A stretch of 64,000 nt of DNA from Myxococcota bacterium (GCA_039028615.1 JBCCHT010000002.1:352001-416000), one strand, 5' to 3'; numbered from the stretch's first letter, positions 1 through 9,683 are shown. Numbers and translations are program-made. Notes: generated from the sequence alone by a model not told the origin.

Positions 1-881
1 TCGACCCATCGATCGAGCTGCTCGAGCCCCGCCCCGTGCACGCGCGCTTGCGCGGCCGAGGGCAGCTCGCCGAACTTCAACTGTAGCAGCCGAAGAAGAA
101 CCCTGGCTTCGCCTTCCATCCGGAGCTCGTCCAGAAAGTCGATCGCCTCGGCTTCGACCTCGGGCTTCATCATGCTCATGATCGTCTCCAACTCCTGCCG
201 GTAGGCTCTTCCAATATACGTCCAAAATGGCCGAAGTGCTTCGGGGCCGCGCTCGGACCGCAGTTCGATAAACAGCCGGCCCAACCGGTCCCCTCGTTCC
301 CGGCCGGACAGGCTCCGGGATACCGCAACCAACGCCGCGCGCGACACGACATCGCAGACCGCACGCGCCTGCTCGAAGCGGTCGAGCTGCCGTGGCCCGA
401 GTTCGAGGACTTCCATCCGCAGCTCCACGTGGGCTCCGCCGTCGACCACGGGCGGGGTGCACAGCTCGGACAACCGCCGCGCCTTGGTCCACCGCCCACC
501 CGTGTAGAGCAACACCGGGATCACGTACGGCAACCGGTCACGCGGAACGTCTGGCCGCTCGCGATACTGCCGCAGCGCGTTGTTGCAGTACGAGTGCATG
601 CGCAACGGCATCATCGCGTCCTCGGTGGTCTGGTTTTCCCACAGGCAATAGACCAGTGCGTCCCCTGCCCCACGGACCTTCACGTCGAAGACCAGATCGC
701 TGAAGCTCGCCTTCAGCTCGGCATCGACATAGCTCCCGTTGATCAGCCGTAGCGTAGGCCAGTCGATCTGCGCCCCGAGCTGGGGCGCCATCGCAACGCG
801 AAGCACGCCCGCGGCGTGCTCGGGTTTGGACAAAATCTCCTTCAGGAACAGGTCGTGAGGAGGTCGACGGGGAGAGGCCAT
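1..881 (-). CDS. Rpn/YhgA-like recombination-promoting nuclease (PD-(D/E)XK, putative transposase family), 3' end runs off window
   Basis: Not in the ORF track. Hand translation from ATG 881 gives MASPRRPPHDLFLKEILSKPEHA...GSYVDAELKASFSDLVFDV...YCLWENQTTEDAMMPLRM...VIPVLLYTG...EGEARVLLRLLQLKFGELP...LEQLDRWV. The HD, SDLVF, ExQ, MPLRM and IPVLLY motifs and the C-terminal helix match Rpn. GAGGGGGAG RBS upstream; no stop before position 1. Confidence 0.85.
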   Translation of the reverse strand, partial: MASPRRPPHDLFLKEILSKPEHAAGVLRVAMAPQLGAQIDWPTLRLINGSYVDAELKASFSDLVFDVKVRGAGDALVYCLWENQTTEDAMMPLRMHSYCNNALRQYRERPDVPRDRLPYVIPVLLYTGGRWTKARRLSELCTPPVVDGGAHVELRMEVLELGPRQLDRFEQARAVCDVVSRAALVAVSRSLSGRERGDRLGRLFIELRSERGPEALRPFWTYIGRAYRQELETIMSMMKPEVEAEAIDFLDELRMEGEARVLLRLLQLKFGELPSAAQARVHGAGLEQLDRWV

Positions 882-929
882 GGCTCCCCCTCACCTAGTG
901 AGGACCAGCCCTGGTCGTGGACACCGAAT

Positions 930-1589
930 CTACTCGGACGAGCCGTCGCCAGGGCCGGAGGTCAGCGCCGGAGTCACGCGGAACGCCGACGCCTGCAGCT
1001 CGTTGTCTCCCAGCTCGTGGGGCAACAAGACGCCATACGCCTCCTCCATGAGCTTGCGACCGGTTCGACGCGTGCGGAGGAAGCGAAGCGGCTCTTGGAT
1101 CAACGGAGCGGCCCCGAGCGCCATCAGCCACAGCGACCCGCCGAGACCGATGATGGTGGCCATACACACCAGGAAGAACGCCAACATGCCGAACTGAAAC
1201 AGGGTGGCGCGCGAGGTCAGCGGATGCTTGCGCCGAACCATGCTCACCCGCGTGCCCCGTGGCTCCGGCTCGAAGCGAACCTCGAGCATGTCGGGGTACG
1301 GGGTGGGCTCCAGGTGACCACGAAACCCTCGCCGGTTGGGCCGGCGCCACAAGACGACTCGATCGTCGTGGCGCTCGTAGAAGAACCGACCGTCGAAGTA
1401 GACGCGCATCAGCGGGGTATCTTGGTCGAGCCGTCGCTCCTCGAACCCGGCTCGGCCGGCGAGCAGATCGATGAGCTCGCTGACCGACAGCCCGACGAGC
1501 AAATCCCGCCTCGCGGCCGCGGCCCGAACCGCCTTGCGAGACACGAGAGTCGTGGGCGGGTCGCCCGTAAGCGCGCTGCTCATCCGCAA
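930..1589 (-). CDS. hypothetical membrane protein
   Basis: 219-aa ORF with a hydrophobic hairpin (LFQFGMLAFFLVCMATIIGLGGSLWLMALGAAPLI). No family recognised. Confidence 0.6.
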   Translation of the reverse strand: MRMSSALTGDPPTTLVSRKAVRAAAARRDLLVGLSVSELIDLLAGRAGFEERRLDQDTPLMRVYFDGRFFYERHDDRVVLWRRPNRRGFRGHLEPTPYPDMLEVRFEPEPRGTRVSMVRRKHPLTSRATLFQFGMLAFFLVCMATIIGLGGSLWLMALGAAPLIQEPLRFLRTRRTGRKLMEEAYGVLLPHELGDNELQASAFRVTPALTSGPGDGSSE

Positions 1590-1694
1590 GCGGTAGCACG
1601 AAGGACACGGTGTCGCCCTCGCCGATTTTCGCCGGCCCCAGAGTTCACCGCGTCGCGACGCAATCGCAGGCCCGTAGAGCCGACGTTCGGCCCC

Positions 1695-1736
1695 AAAAAA
1701 AGGAGCGGGCCTTGCTCGAAAAAGAGCAAGGCCCGC
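1695..1736 (-). terminator. Rho-independent terminator of the atu-like operon
   Basis: Perfect 13-bp stem GCGGGCCTTGCTC (1705-1717) / GAGCAAGGCCCGC (1724-1736), followed on the minus strand by TCC-TTTTTTT, about 20 bp after the BKACE stop. Confidence 0.85.
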
Positions 1737-1757
1737 CGCTTCGACCGAACTCCGCCG

Positions 1758-2633
1758 CTACTTCGCGGGCTGAAGCCCCATCGCCGCCCGGGCTTCGGCC
1801 GGCGACGCGACCTCGCGACCGGCTTGCCGAGCACACTTCACCATGGCCTCGATCAGGTCGCCATTGCCTCGCGCTCGCTCGCCGTCGGGCAGGTAAAAGG
1901 TGTCCTCGAGCCCCGTGCGCAGCGAGCCCCCGAGCTCGGCGGCCCGCTGATGCAGCGGCCACACGTCCTGGCGACCGATGGCGGTGACCTCCCACGAGCA
2001 GCCCTCGCGACGGTAGTCGATGAGCAGCGGCAGCAGGCGTGGGTCGGCGGGCATGCCCGAGGCCACCCCCATCACGAAGTTGTAGTGCGGGCTCTTGGCC
2101 ATGCCGACGTCGGAGAACAACCCCACCGAGCGCACGATGCCCACGTCGAAGCACTCGAACTCCGGCATCGCGTCGACTTCCTTCATGATGTCGAGCATCT
2201 CCTGGATCTTGGAGACCGGGTTGTCGAACACCATCGGCGGCCACGCCCAGGTCCCGGCGCGCCGAGCCTTGAGGTAGTTGAGGCTGCCCGCGTTGCAAGC
2301 CGCAATCTCGGGGCGTACCAGCTTCATCGCCTCGACCGGGCCGGACACGTCCTTGCCCACGACCCCGGTAGTCATGTTGATGATCACGCCGGGGCAGGCC
2401 TCGCGCACCGCCTTGGTGATCTCCGCGCAGATGGTCGGATCCCACGTGGGCATGTGCCCCATGCCCGGATCCTGGCTGCGGTAGTGCAGGTGCATGATGG
2501 TGGCCCCCGCGTCGAAGGCCTCCTTGGCCGACGCGGCCATCTGCTCGACCGTGACCGGAACGGGATGCTGCTTGGGGTTGGTGAGCACCCCGGTCACCGC
2601 ACAGGTGATGATCGCCTTGTCTGATTCGCTCAT
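1758..2633 (-). CDS. beta-keto acid cleavage enzyme (BKACE / DUF849, Kce family)
   Basis: AIITCAVTG, HLHYR Zn-binding HxH, PEFECFDVG, RTGLEDTFY and REVASPAEAR motifs. Overlaps the upstream gene by 4 nt. Confidence 0.9.
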   Translation of the reverse strand: MSESDKAIITCAVTGVLTNPKQHPVPVTVEQMAASAKEAFDAGATIMHLHYRSQDPGMGHMPTWDPTICAEITKAVREACPGVIINMTTGVVGKDVSGPVEAMKLVRPEIAACNAGSLNYLKARRAGTWAWPPMVFDNPVSKIQEMLDIMKEVDAMPEFECFDVGIVRSVGLFSDVGMAKSPHYNFVMGVASGMPADPRLLPLLIDYRREGCSWEVTAIGRQDVWPLHQRAAELGGSLRTGLEDTFYLPDGERARGNGDLIEAMVKCARQAGREVASPAEARAAMGLQPAK

Positions 2634-4624
2634 CCGTCGTTCTCCGTCTCTTCGAGGGTCAGCTGGGCGACGATTTGTCGCGCGCTGACCTGGTCACCCT
2701 CGGCGATGGACACCGCGGCCACGACCCCGTCCGCGGGGGCCGGCACGCGATGCTCCATCTTCATGGCCTCCAAGATCAGCAAGGGCTGACCGCGCTCGAC
2801 GGACTCGCCCGCCGCTACGAGCACGGAGACCACCCGTCCGCCGATCGGCGCCCGGACTTGGCCGTCCCCGTCCTCGCCTTCGTCGGAGGACCCGCGAGGA
2901 GGCGGCTCGTGGAAGCTGAAGGCCGAGCCCGCCTCGTCGACGGCAATCCCGTCGTCGAGCATCGCGACCGACAGCCGCTTGCGCACGCCGCTCGTCTCCA
3001 CGACGACCTGCTCGGCCCCGTGCTCGACGACCCGGAGCTCGAGGGCATCGCCTTCGCGCGCGCCCTCGACTCGGAACTTCCCGCCGCCGTCGTGCTGGAC
3101 GCGTAGCGTGCGTTGGTCCTCGCGCTGCCGTAGGAACACCGGCCACGCGGGGTTCCCCGTGCTCCTCCACGGCCACGGATCGAGCCGCGCCTCGGGACGC
3201 GCGGGGTCCAGACCCGAGCGCACGACGGCCGCGACCGCCCACGACAGCGCCGAGGGCTCCGGTCGCTGCGGAGGATCGTCCGCCAGCATCTTGTCGATGG
3301 CATCGGTGGTGATGGTGCCCGCCACCACTGGTTCGCTGTCGAGCAGCTCGACGAGGAAGTCGCGGTTGCTGCCGACCCCGAGCAAGACGCTCTTGCGAAT
3401 GGCCGCCACCAGGCGGCGCCGCGCCAGCTCGCGTGTCTTGCCGTAGCCGATGAGCTTGGCGATCATCGAGTCGTAGAACGGCGAGATGGTCTGCCCGGAA
3501 CGAACCCCATCGTCGACGCGCACTCCGGTGCCCTGGTACGGCCGCCACGCCGCGATCCGCCCCAGCTGCGGCGCAAACCCGGCGTAGGGGTCCTCGGCGT
3601 AGATCCGAGCCTCGATGGCGTGCCCCTCCATCCGCAGGTCCTCCTGAGCCAGCGGCAGAGGCTCGCCCTCGGCCACCCGCAGCTGCAGCTCGACCAGGTC
3701 GAGCCCCGTCACCATCTCGGTCACCGGGTGCTCCACCTGCAGGCGCGTGTTCATCTCGAGGAAATAGTAGTTGCCGTCGTCATCCAGCAGGAACTCGACG
3801 GTGCCCGCTCCCTCGTAGCCGATGGCCTTGGCCGCCGCGACGGCTGCTCCGCCCATCGAGGCCCGCAGCGTCTCGTCGACCGCGGGCGACGGCGCCTCTT
3901 CGAGCACCTTCTGGTGCCGACGCTGCGCCGAGCATTCCCGCTCGCCGAGGTGAATCGCATTGCCGTGCGTATCGGCGAAGACCTGGATCTCGACGTGCCG
4001 GGCCCCTTCGACCAGCCGCTCCAAGAACAGGTCGCCGCGACCGAACGCATTGGTGGCCTCCGAGCGGGCGCTGGCGATGGCATCCGCCAGCTCGCCGATC
4101 TCCCGGACCACCCGCATACCTCGACCACCGCCGCCCGCGACGGCCTTGACCAAGACCGGCATCCCGATGGCCTCCGCCTCCGCGCGCAGCGTGGCGTCGT
4201 CCTGGTCCTCGCCCAGGTAGGCGGGAGCCGTGGGCACCTCCGCGTCGATCATGCGGCGCTTGGCCTGCACCTTGTCGCCCATCAAGCGAATCGCCGACTC
4301 GGGCGGACCCACGAACGTGATGCCCGCGTCCACGCAGGCCTTGGCCAGGTCGCCGTTCTCCGAGAGGAAGCCGTAGCCGGGGTGGAGCGCATCGGCCCCC
4401 GTCCGCGCCACCGCGTCCATGATCCGCGCCAGGTCGAGATACGACTCGGCCGCGGGCCCCGGACCCAGGCACACCGATTCGTCCGCCTCGGCGACGTGCG
4501 GCGCCTCTTCGTCGGCTTCGCTGAAGACGGCGACCGTCGCGATTCCCAGGTCACGCGCGGAGCGGATCACCCGGCGGGCAATCTCGCCGCGATTGGCGAT
4601 GAGCAGCTTTCGAATACCCGGCAC
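2630..4624 (-). CDS. atuF: acyl-CoA (geranyl-CoA-like) carboxylase alpha subunit, biotin carboxylase + BCCP
   Basis: KLLIANRGEIA, HPGYGFLSEN, GGGGRGMR, RRHQKV, EMNTRLQVEHPVTE and C-terminal EAMKM biotin site. The symbol rests on operon order. Confidence 0.85.
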   Translation of the reverse strand: MPGIRKLLIANRGEIARRVIRSARDLGIATVAVFSEADEEAPHVAEADESVCLGPGPAAESYLDLARIMDAVARTGADALHPGYGFLSENGDLAKACVDAGITFVGPPESAIRLMGDKVQAKRRMIDAEVPTAPAYLGEDQDDATLRAEAEAIGMPVLVKAVAGGGGRGMRVVREIGELADAIASARSEATNAFGRGDLFLERLVEGARHVEIQVFADTHGNAIHLGERECSAQRRHQKVLEEAPSPAVDETLRASMGGAAVAAAKAIGYEGAGTVEFLLDDDGNYYFLEMNTRLQVEHPVTEMVTGLDLVELQLRVAEGEPLPLAQEDLRMEGHAIEARIYAEDPYAGFAPQLGRIAAWRPYQGTGVRVDDGVRSGQTISPFYDSMIAKLIGYGKTRELARRRLVAAIRKSVLLGVGSNRDFLVELLDSEPVVAGTITTDAIDKMLADDPPQRPEPSALSWAVAAVVRSGLDPARPEARLDPWPWRSTGNPAWPVFLRQREDQRTLRVQHDGGGKFRVEGAREGDALELRVVEHGAEQVVVETSGVRKRLSVAMLDDGIAVDEAGSAFSFHEPPPRGSSDEGEDGDGQVRAPIGGRVVSVLVAAGESVERGQPLLILEAMKMEHRVPAPADGVVAAVSIAEGDQVSARQIVAQLTLEETENDG

Positions 4625-4633
4625 GGTCAGACC

Positions 4634-5476
4634 CTAGGACTTTCCGCCGTCGGCCCAATGGGGCGGGCGTTTTTGAATGAACGCAGTCATACCTTCGGTG
4701 CCCTCGGGCCCCCTCGCCTGCTCGGCGAACTTCTGGGCGCCCTCGTCGAGCACGGCGTCGTGGTCGATGGCTCCGACCTGCAACATCAGGTGCTTGGTCG
4801 CCGCGATCGCTCCGGGAGCACAGCGACGAATCTGCTTGAGGATGCCTTGGAGGATCTGGTCGACCTCGTCGTCGTTCGTGGCCAGCTCGTGCACCAAGCC
4901 CATGGCATGGGCGGCGGCGCCGTCGAAGCGCCCACCGGTCACCGCGAGCCGTCGCGCCTGCGACAGACCCAGCCGACGGACCAAGAACGGCGCGATCTGA
5001 GCCGGCGGCAGCCCCAAGCCGGTCTCCGGCAAGCCGAACTTCGCGTCGTTCTTGGCGATGGCCACGTCGGCGACGCACGCCAGACCAAAGCCCCCGCCGA
5101 GCACCGCCCCTTCGAGCACCGCGACCACGGCCTGCGGCGCTCGATCGAACGCGGTGATCATGCGACCGAAAGCCCGGTTCACCTCGGCGACCGGGTCCTT
5201 CTCGCCCTCGGCCGGCATGTTCATGCGCGCCTTGGCCATGTCCTTGACGTCACCACCCGCGCAGAAGTGCCCTCCGGCGCCGCGCAGCACCAAGGCCCGC
5301 ACGTCGCGACGATCGAGGATCGCCTCGAGCAAGGCCTCGAGCTCCCCCACCATCTGGAGGCTCATCGCATTGCGAGACTCCGGCCGGTTCAGGGTGACGT
5401 GCAGGACCCCGGTCTCGTCCTTGCTCAGGAGGAGATGCTCGGGGCTCAGCTCTTCGAGTCGCCCGTCCTCACTCAT
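4634..5476 (-). CDS. atuE: enoyl-CoA hydratase (isohexenylglutaconyl-CoA hydratase-like)
   Basis: LNRPESRNA, FCAGGDVK, GGGFGL and FGLPETGLGLPPAQIAPF crotonase motifs. Confidence 0.85.
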   Translation of the reverse strand: MSEDGRLEELSPEHLLLSKDETGVLHVTLNRPESRNAMSLQMVGELEALLEAILDRRDVRALVLRGAGGHFCAGGDVKDMAKARMNMPAEGEKDPVAEVNRAFGRMITAFDRAPQAVVAVLEGAVLGGGFGLACVADVAIAKNDAKFGLPETGLGLPPAQIAPFLVRRLGLSQARRLAVTGGRFDGAAAHAMGLVHELATNDDEVDQILQGILKQIRRCAPGAIAATKHLMLQVGAIDHDAVLDEGAQKFAEQARGPEGTEGMTAFIQKRPPHWADGGKS

Positions 5477-6645
5477 CAGCTCTTGGCCTTCTTCTTGCTG
5501 GGCAAGATGCCCATGAGTTTGCAGATGATCGACATCATCACCTCGTCCGCACCACCACCGATGGAGACCAGACGCCCGTCACGGAAGAAGCGCGACACCT
5601 TGGACTCGGCCATGTAGCCCATGCCGCCCCAGAACTGCAGGCACGTGTCGGCGACCTCGCGCGCGAGCCGGCCCGACTTGAGCTTCGCCATGGACGCCAG
5701 CTTCGTGACGTCCTTGCCGCTGATATAAAGCTCGGTCGCCTGGTAGGTCAGGGCGCGCAGAGCCTCGATCTCGGTCGCCAGCTCGGCCAGTTTGAAGTGC
5801 ACCCACTGGTGGTCGAGCACCGACTTGCCGAACACCTGGCGATCGCCCGTGTACTCGATGGTCGCGGAGAGCACCTGGTCGAGCCCGCCGATGACGTTGG
5901 CCGCGCCCCACAGCCGCTCCTCTTGGAACTGGATCATCTGGAAGGTGAAGCCGTGCCCCTCCTGGCCGATGATGTTGCGCGCCGGCACCCGCACGTCGTC
6001 GAAGCGAATCTCGGCGGTGTCCGAGGAGGCCATGCCGATCTTCTTGAGCTTGCGAAACCGGACCACGCCCTTGGCGTCCATGGGCACGATGATCAGGCTC
6101 TTGTTGCGATGCGGCGCCCCCTCGGAGGTGTTGGCGAGGCAGCACATCCAGTCCGCCTGCATGCCGTTGGTGATCCACATCTTGCCGCCGTTGATCACCC
6201 ACTCGTCGCCCACCCGACGTGCCTTGGTCTTGATCGCGGCTACGTCCGAGCCCGCGCCCGGCTCGCTGACCCCGATGCACCCCACCCGATCGCCGGAGAT
6301 CGACGGCACCAGGAACTCCTGCTTGAGCTCCTCGCTCCCGAATTTGGCCAACGCCGGGGTGCACATGTCCGTCTGTACGCCGATGGCCATGCCCACGCCG
6401 CCAGTGTGCATACGTCGACCAAAAGTCTCGGCCATGATCACCGAGTACGAGTAGTCGAGCCCCAGCCCGCCGTAGGCCTCGGGCTTGGTCACCCCGAGGT
6501 ACCCTTGATCGCCCAGCTTCTTGAAGACCTCATGGGCGGGGAAGATCTCTTCTTCCTCCCACTTGTCGGCATGGGGATTGATCTCCCGCTCGATGAATTT
6601 GGCCAGGTTGTCCCGCAGCTGCTCGTGCTCGTCAGTGAGTTTCAT
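5476..6645 (-). CDS. atuD: acyl-CoA dehydrogenase (citronellyl-CoA dehydrogenase-like)
   Basis: SEPGAGSD, NGGKMWITNG, FQEERL, QFWGGMGY, IGGGADEVM. Confidence 0.88.
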   Translation of the reverse strand: MKLTDEHEQLRDNLAKFIEREINPHADKWEEEEIFPAHEVFKKLGDQGYLGVTKPEAYGGLGLDYSYSVIMAETFGRRMHTGGVGMAIGVQTDMCTPALAKFGSEELKQEFLVPSISGDRVGCIGVSEPGAGSDVAAIKTKARRVGDEWVINGGKMWITNGMQADWMCCLANTSEGAPHRNKSLIIVPMDAKGVVRFRKLKKIGMASSDTAEIRFDDVRVPARNIIGQEGHGFTFQMIQFQEERLWGAANVIGGLDQVLSATIEYTGDRQVFGKSVLDHQWVHFKLAELATEIEALRALTYQATELYISGKDVTKLASMAKLKSGRLAREVADTCLQFWGGMGYMAESKVSRFFRDGRLVSIGGGADEVMMSIICKLMGILPSKKKAKS

Positions 6646-6672
6646 GGCTTCGCTCCTGGTCGTGCTCGCGCC

Positions 6673-8295
6673 TCACAGGCGCGCCACACCGAAAGTGTTG
6701 GGACGGAGCTGACGCGCCTGCGACTCGCGACAAATCGCGAGGGTGGTCGCCAGTACCCGTCGGGTATCACGGGGGTCGATGACGCCGTCGTCCCACAGCC
6801 GGGCCGTGGCAAAGAGGGCGTCGGACTCTGAGTCCAGCTTGTCGCGAATGGCCCCGGTCATCTTGGCCATGTTCTCGTCATCGATGTCCACGCCCTGTCG
6901 CTTGAACTTGGCGCGGGTGATGATCTCCATGACCTTGGCCGCCTGCTCGCCGCCCATCACCGAGATGCGCGCGTTGGGCCAAGCGAAGATGAAGCGCGGG
7001 TCGAAGGAACGACCACACATGCCGTAGTTGCCGGCTCCGAAGGCTCCGCCGAGCAAGATCGTGATCTGCGGGACGCTGGCGTTGGCCACCGCCTGGATCA
7101 TCTTGGCGCCGTGCTTGACGATGCCCGCCGCCTCGGCGTCGGTGCCCACCATGTAGCCGGTGGTGTTCTGCAGGTAGATGATGGGCGTGCCCGACTGGCA
7201 GCAGGCCTGAATGAAGTGCCCGGCCTTGGCCGCGCCCTCGGGGAAGATCGGCCCGTTGTTGCCGATGATGCCCACCGCCTGGCCCTCGATGCGAGCGTGA
7301 CCACAGACAGTCTGCGCTCCATATAGAGGTTTGAAGTCGAGGAAGTCCGAGCCGTCGACGATGCGGGCGATGACCTCGCGGACGTCGTAGGGCTGGCGAT
7401 AGTCGACCGGCACCACGCCCAGGAGTTCTTCGGCATCGAAGCGCGGGGGCTGGCTCTCCCGACGCTCCAGCGGTCCGCGCTGGTCTTCGTCCCACGGGAT
7501 CTTGCCCATCAGCTCGCGGGCAATCTCGAGGGCGTGGGCGTCGTCCTGGGCCATGTACTCGGCCGTCCCCGACACGCTCATGTGCATCTGCGCCCCGCCG
7601 AGCGTCTCCTCGTCGGCATCCTCGCCGAGCGCCGCCTTCACCAAGGGCGGGCCGGCCAGGAAGATCCGGCTGCGCTCCTTGACCACGATGACGTAGTCGG
7701 ACAACCCGGGGATATAGGCCCCGCCCGCCGTCGACGACCCGTGCACCACCGTCACCTGCGGCAAGCCGGCCGCGGACAGTCGCGCCATGTTGGCGAACAC
7801 CCGGCCGCCCTCGACGAACAGCTCGCTCTGGTACAGCAGGTTGGCGCCTGCGCTCTCGACCAGGCTGATGCAGGGGAGCCGGTTGTCGAGCGCGATCTCC
7901 TGCGCCCGCAGGCTCTTGCGCAGGCCCATCGGCGAGATGGCGCCGCCCTTGATGGCCGAGTCCGAGGCGCTGACCATGCAGCGTCGACCCGCCACGAAGC
8001 CGATGCCGATGACGTTGGAGCCGCCCGAGATCGAGCGCTTCCCGTCGTCGTCGTGCATCTTGTAGCCCGCGAGCGTCGAGAACTCGAGGAAGGGCGAGCC
8101 GCGGTCGAGCAGCCGAGTGACGCGCTCGCGAGGCAGCAGCTGCCCCCGCTTGTCGTACTTGGCCTGCTTGGTCGCGGAGTGGGCCCGAACCTTGGCCTCG
8201 AGCTCGCGAAATTGGTCGACGAGCGCGAGCATCTTGCCGCGGTTGTCCGCGAACGCCTCGCTCCGAGTATCGATGGACGATGACAGCACGGGCAT
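6673..8295 (-). CDS. atuC: acyl-CoA carboxylase beta (carboxyltransferase) subunit
   Basis: LLPRERV, ESAGANL, GSSTAGGAY, FLAGPPLVKAA, GAGNYGMCGR, DDGVIDPRDTR. Confidence 0.88.
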   Translation of the reverse strand: MPVLSSSIDTRSEAFADNRGKMLALVDQFRELEAKVRAHSATKQAKYDKRGQLLPRERVTRLLDRGSPFLEFSTLAGYKMHDDDGKRSISGGSNVIGIGFVAGRRCMVSASDSAIKGGAISPMGLRKSLRAQEIALDNRLPCISLVESAGANLLYQSELFVEGGRVFANMARLSAAGLPQVTVVHGSSTAGGAYIPGLSDYVIVVKERSRIFLAGPPLVKAALGEDADEETLGGAQMHMSVSGTAEYMAQDDAHALEIARELMGKIPWDEDQRGPLERRESQPPRFDAEELLGVVPVDYRQPYDVREVIARIVDGSDFLDFKPLYGAQTVCGHARIEGQAVGIIGNNGPIFPEGAAKAGHFIQACCQSGTPIIYLQNTTGYMVGTDAEAAGIVKHGAKMIQAVANASVPQITILLGGAFGAGNYGMCGRSFDPRFIFAWPNARISVMGGEQAAKVMEIITRAKFKRQGVDIDDENMAKMTGAIRDKLDSESDALFATARLWDDGVIDPRDTRRVLATTLAICRESQARQLRPNTFGVARL

Positions 8296-8304
8296 GGATT
8301 CGCC

Positions 8305-9189
8305 TCAGTCTTTCTTGGGCTCGCCGTCGCCCCCGAGGATCTTGGGCACGACCGCGCGATGAAAACCCTGGTACGGCTCGCTCTTGGACTTCGCGGGCGA
8401 GGGCCAGTGCAGGCTGGCCAGCGGCGCGCCTCCGTCGACCTTGATGGTCTCACCGGTGACGAAGGCCGAAGCCTCGCTGAGCAAGTAACAGATCGCCGAG
8501 CTGACCTCGGCCTCGGTGGCCAGGCGCTTGAGCGGCACCGAGTCGCGGAGCTTGGGGATCATGGCCTTGACCGGCCCGGAGTAAGTATCGAGCCCGCTGC
8601 TGGCCACCCAACCCGGCGCGACCGCGTTGACGCGAACCCCGTCCGGCGCCCACTCGATGGCCGCCGTCTGGGTCAGGTTGATCATCCCCGCCCGAGCCGC
8701 GCCCGAGTGCCCCATCCCCGGCATGCCCTTCCACATGTCGGCGACGATGTTCACGATGCTGCCGCCGTGGTTGTTCATGTGACGGGTGAACAGCTCGCGC
8801 GCGACGAGGAAGCCGCCCACCAAGTTGGTGCGGACCACCGTCTCGAAGCCCTTTTGATTGATGAGGGCCAGCGGCGCGGGGAACTGCCCGCCCGCGTTGT
8901 TCACCAACCCGTGCACTCGGCCCCGACGCTCGATGATGCCCCCGATGACCTCGGCGACTTTCTCCTCGGCGCGGATGTCCAAGACATCCCAGTCGGCCGA
9001 GCCACCGTCTTCGGTGATCTCGGCGGCGACCCGCTCGAGCTTGTCCTGCTTGCGGCCGATCAGGACGACATGGGCTCCCAATGAGGCCAGCTCATGTGCC
9101 GTGCAGCGGCCGATGCCGCTACCGCCCCCAGTGACGATGATGCTCTGACCCGCGAACAGGTCGGTACGAAACACGGAACGGTAGGTCAT
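8305..9189 (-). CDS. atuB: SDR oxidoreductase (citronellol/citronellal dehydrogenase-like)
   Basis: TGGGSGIG, NNAGGQF, HSGAARAG, NAVAPG. Start set at MTYRSVF (ATG 9189) rather than the track's 9273. Confidence 0.85.
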   Translation of the reverse strand: MTYRSVFRTDLFAGQSIIVTGGGSGIGRCTAHELASLGAHVVLIGRKQDKLERVAAEITEDGGSADWDVLDIRAEEKVAEVIGGIIERRGRVHGLVNNAGGQFPAPLALINQKGFETVVRTNLVGGFLVARELFTRHMNNHGGSIVNIVADMWKGMPGMGHSGAARAGMINLTQTAAIEWAPDGVRVNAVAPGWVASSGLDTYSGPVKAMIPKLRDSVPLKRLATEAEVSSAICYLLSEASAFVTGETIKVDGGAPLASLHWPSPAKSKSEPYQGFHRAVVPKILGGDGEPKKD

Positions 9190-9380
9190 GGATGGCCCAA
9201 GGTCGCTCGCGACGCGGCGCCACCCTACGGCGGACCTCGTCAAAACGGAAGTGTCATTGTGAAAATTCGCCAAAGAACATCGTTATCGGCATTTTATTAC
9301 CTCACAAAAGCGTACGACCGTACGGTTGGCGCAATCTGCACTTCTGGACGCGCGCCGGATCATGGAGTACGAAGCCCGTG
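9190..9380. promoter_or_regulatory. divergent promoter region with palindrome ACCGTACGGT (9317-9326)
   Basis: AT-richer spacer between the atu-like operon and SCP2. Contains a perfect 10-bp palindrome overlapping a CGTACG repeat; possible repressor operator. Confidence 0.4.
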
Positions 9381-9683
9381 ATGAGCGTTGAAGATCTGAC
9401 CAGCAAAATCGCCGAGCGCATGGGCCAGGACTCGGGCCTTGGTGCGATTCTCAAGTTCGACCTGGGCGACGCCGGGGCGATCGTTCTCGACGGCAAGAAT
9501 GACCCGAACTCGGTCAACAACGACGCGTCGACCGAAGCCGACTGCACCGTCGGCGTGAGCCTCGAAGACCTCACCGCCATGATGAGCGGCGACCTCGATC
9601 CCATGGCCGCGTTCTCGCTGGGCAAGCTCCGCATCGAGGGCGACATGGGCGTCGCCATGAAGCTCGGCAGCCTGCTGCAATAA
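9381..9683 (+). CDS. SCP2 sterol/lipid-binding domain protein
   Basis: ADCTV...LDPMAAFSLGKLRIEGDMGVAMKL SCP2 signature. Start set at ATG 9381. Confidence 0.9.
   Translation: MSVEDLTSKIAERMGQDSGLGAILKFDLGDAGAIVLDGKNDPNSVNNDASTEADCTVGVSLEDLTAMMSGDLDPMAAFSLGKLRIEGDMGVAMKLGSLLQ

Noticed and set aside
1..929. Rpn gene as an IS element
   Set aside because: No terminal inverted repeats or target duplication are visible, the gene is truncated by the window edge, and Rpn proteins are not demonstrated transposases.
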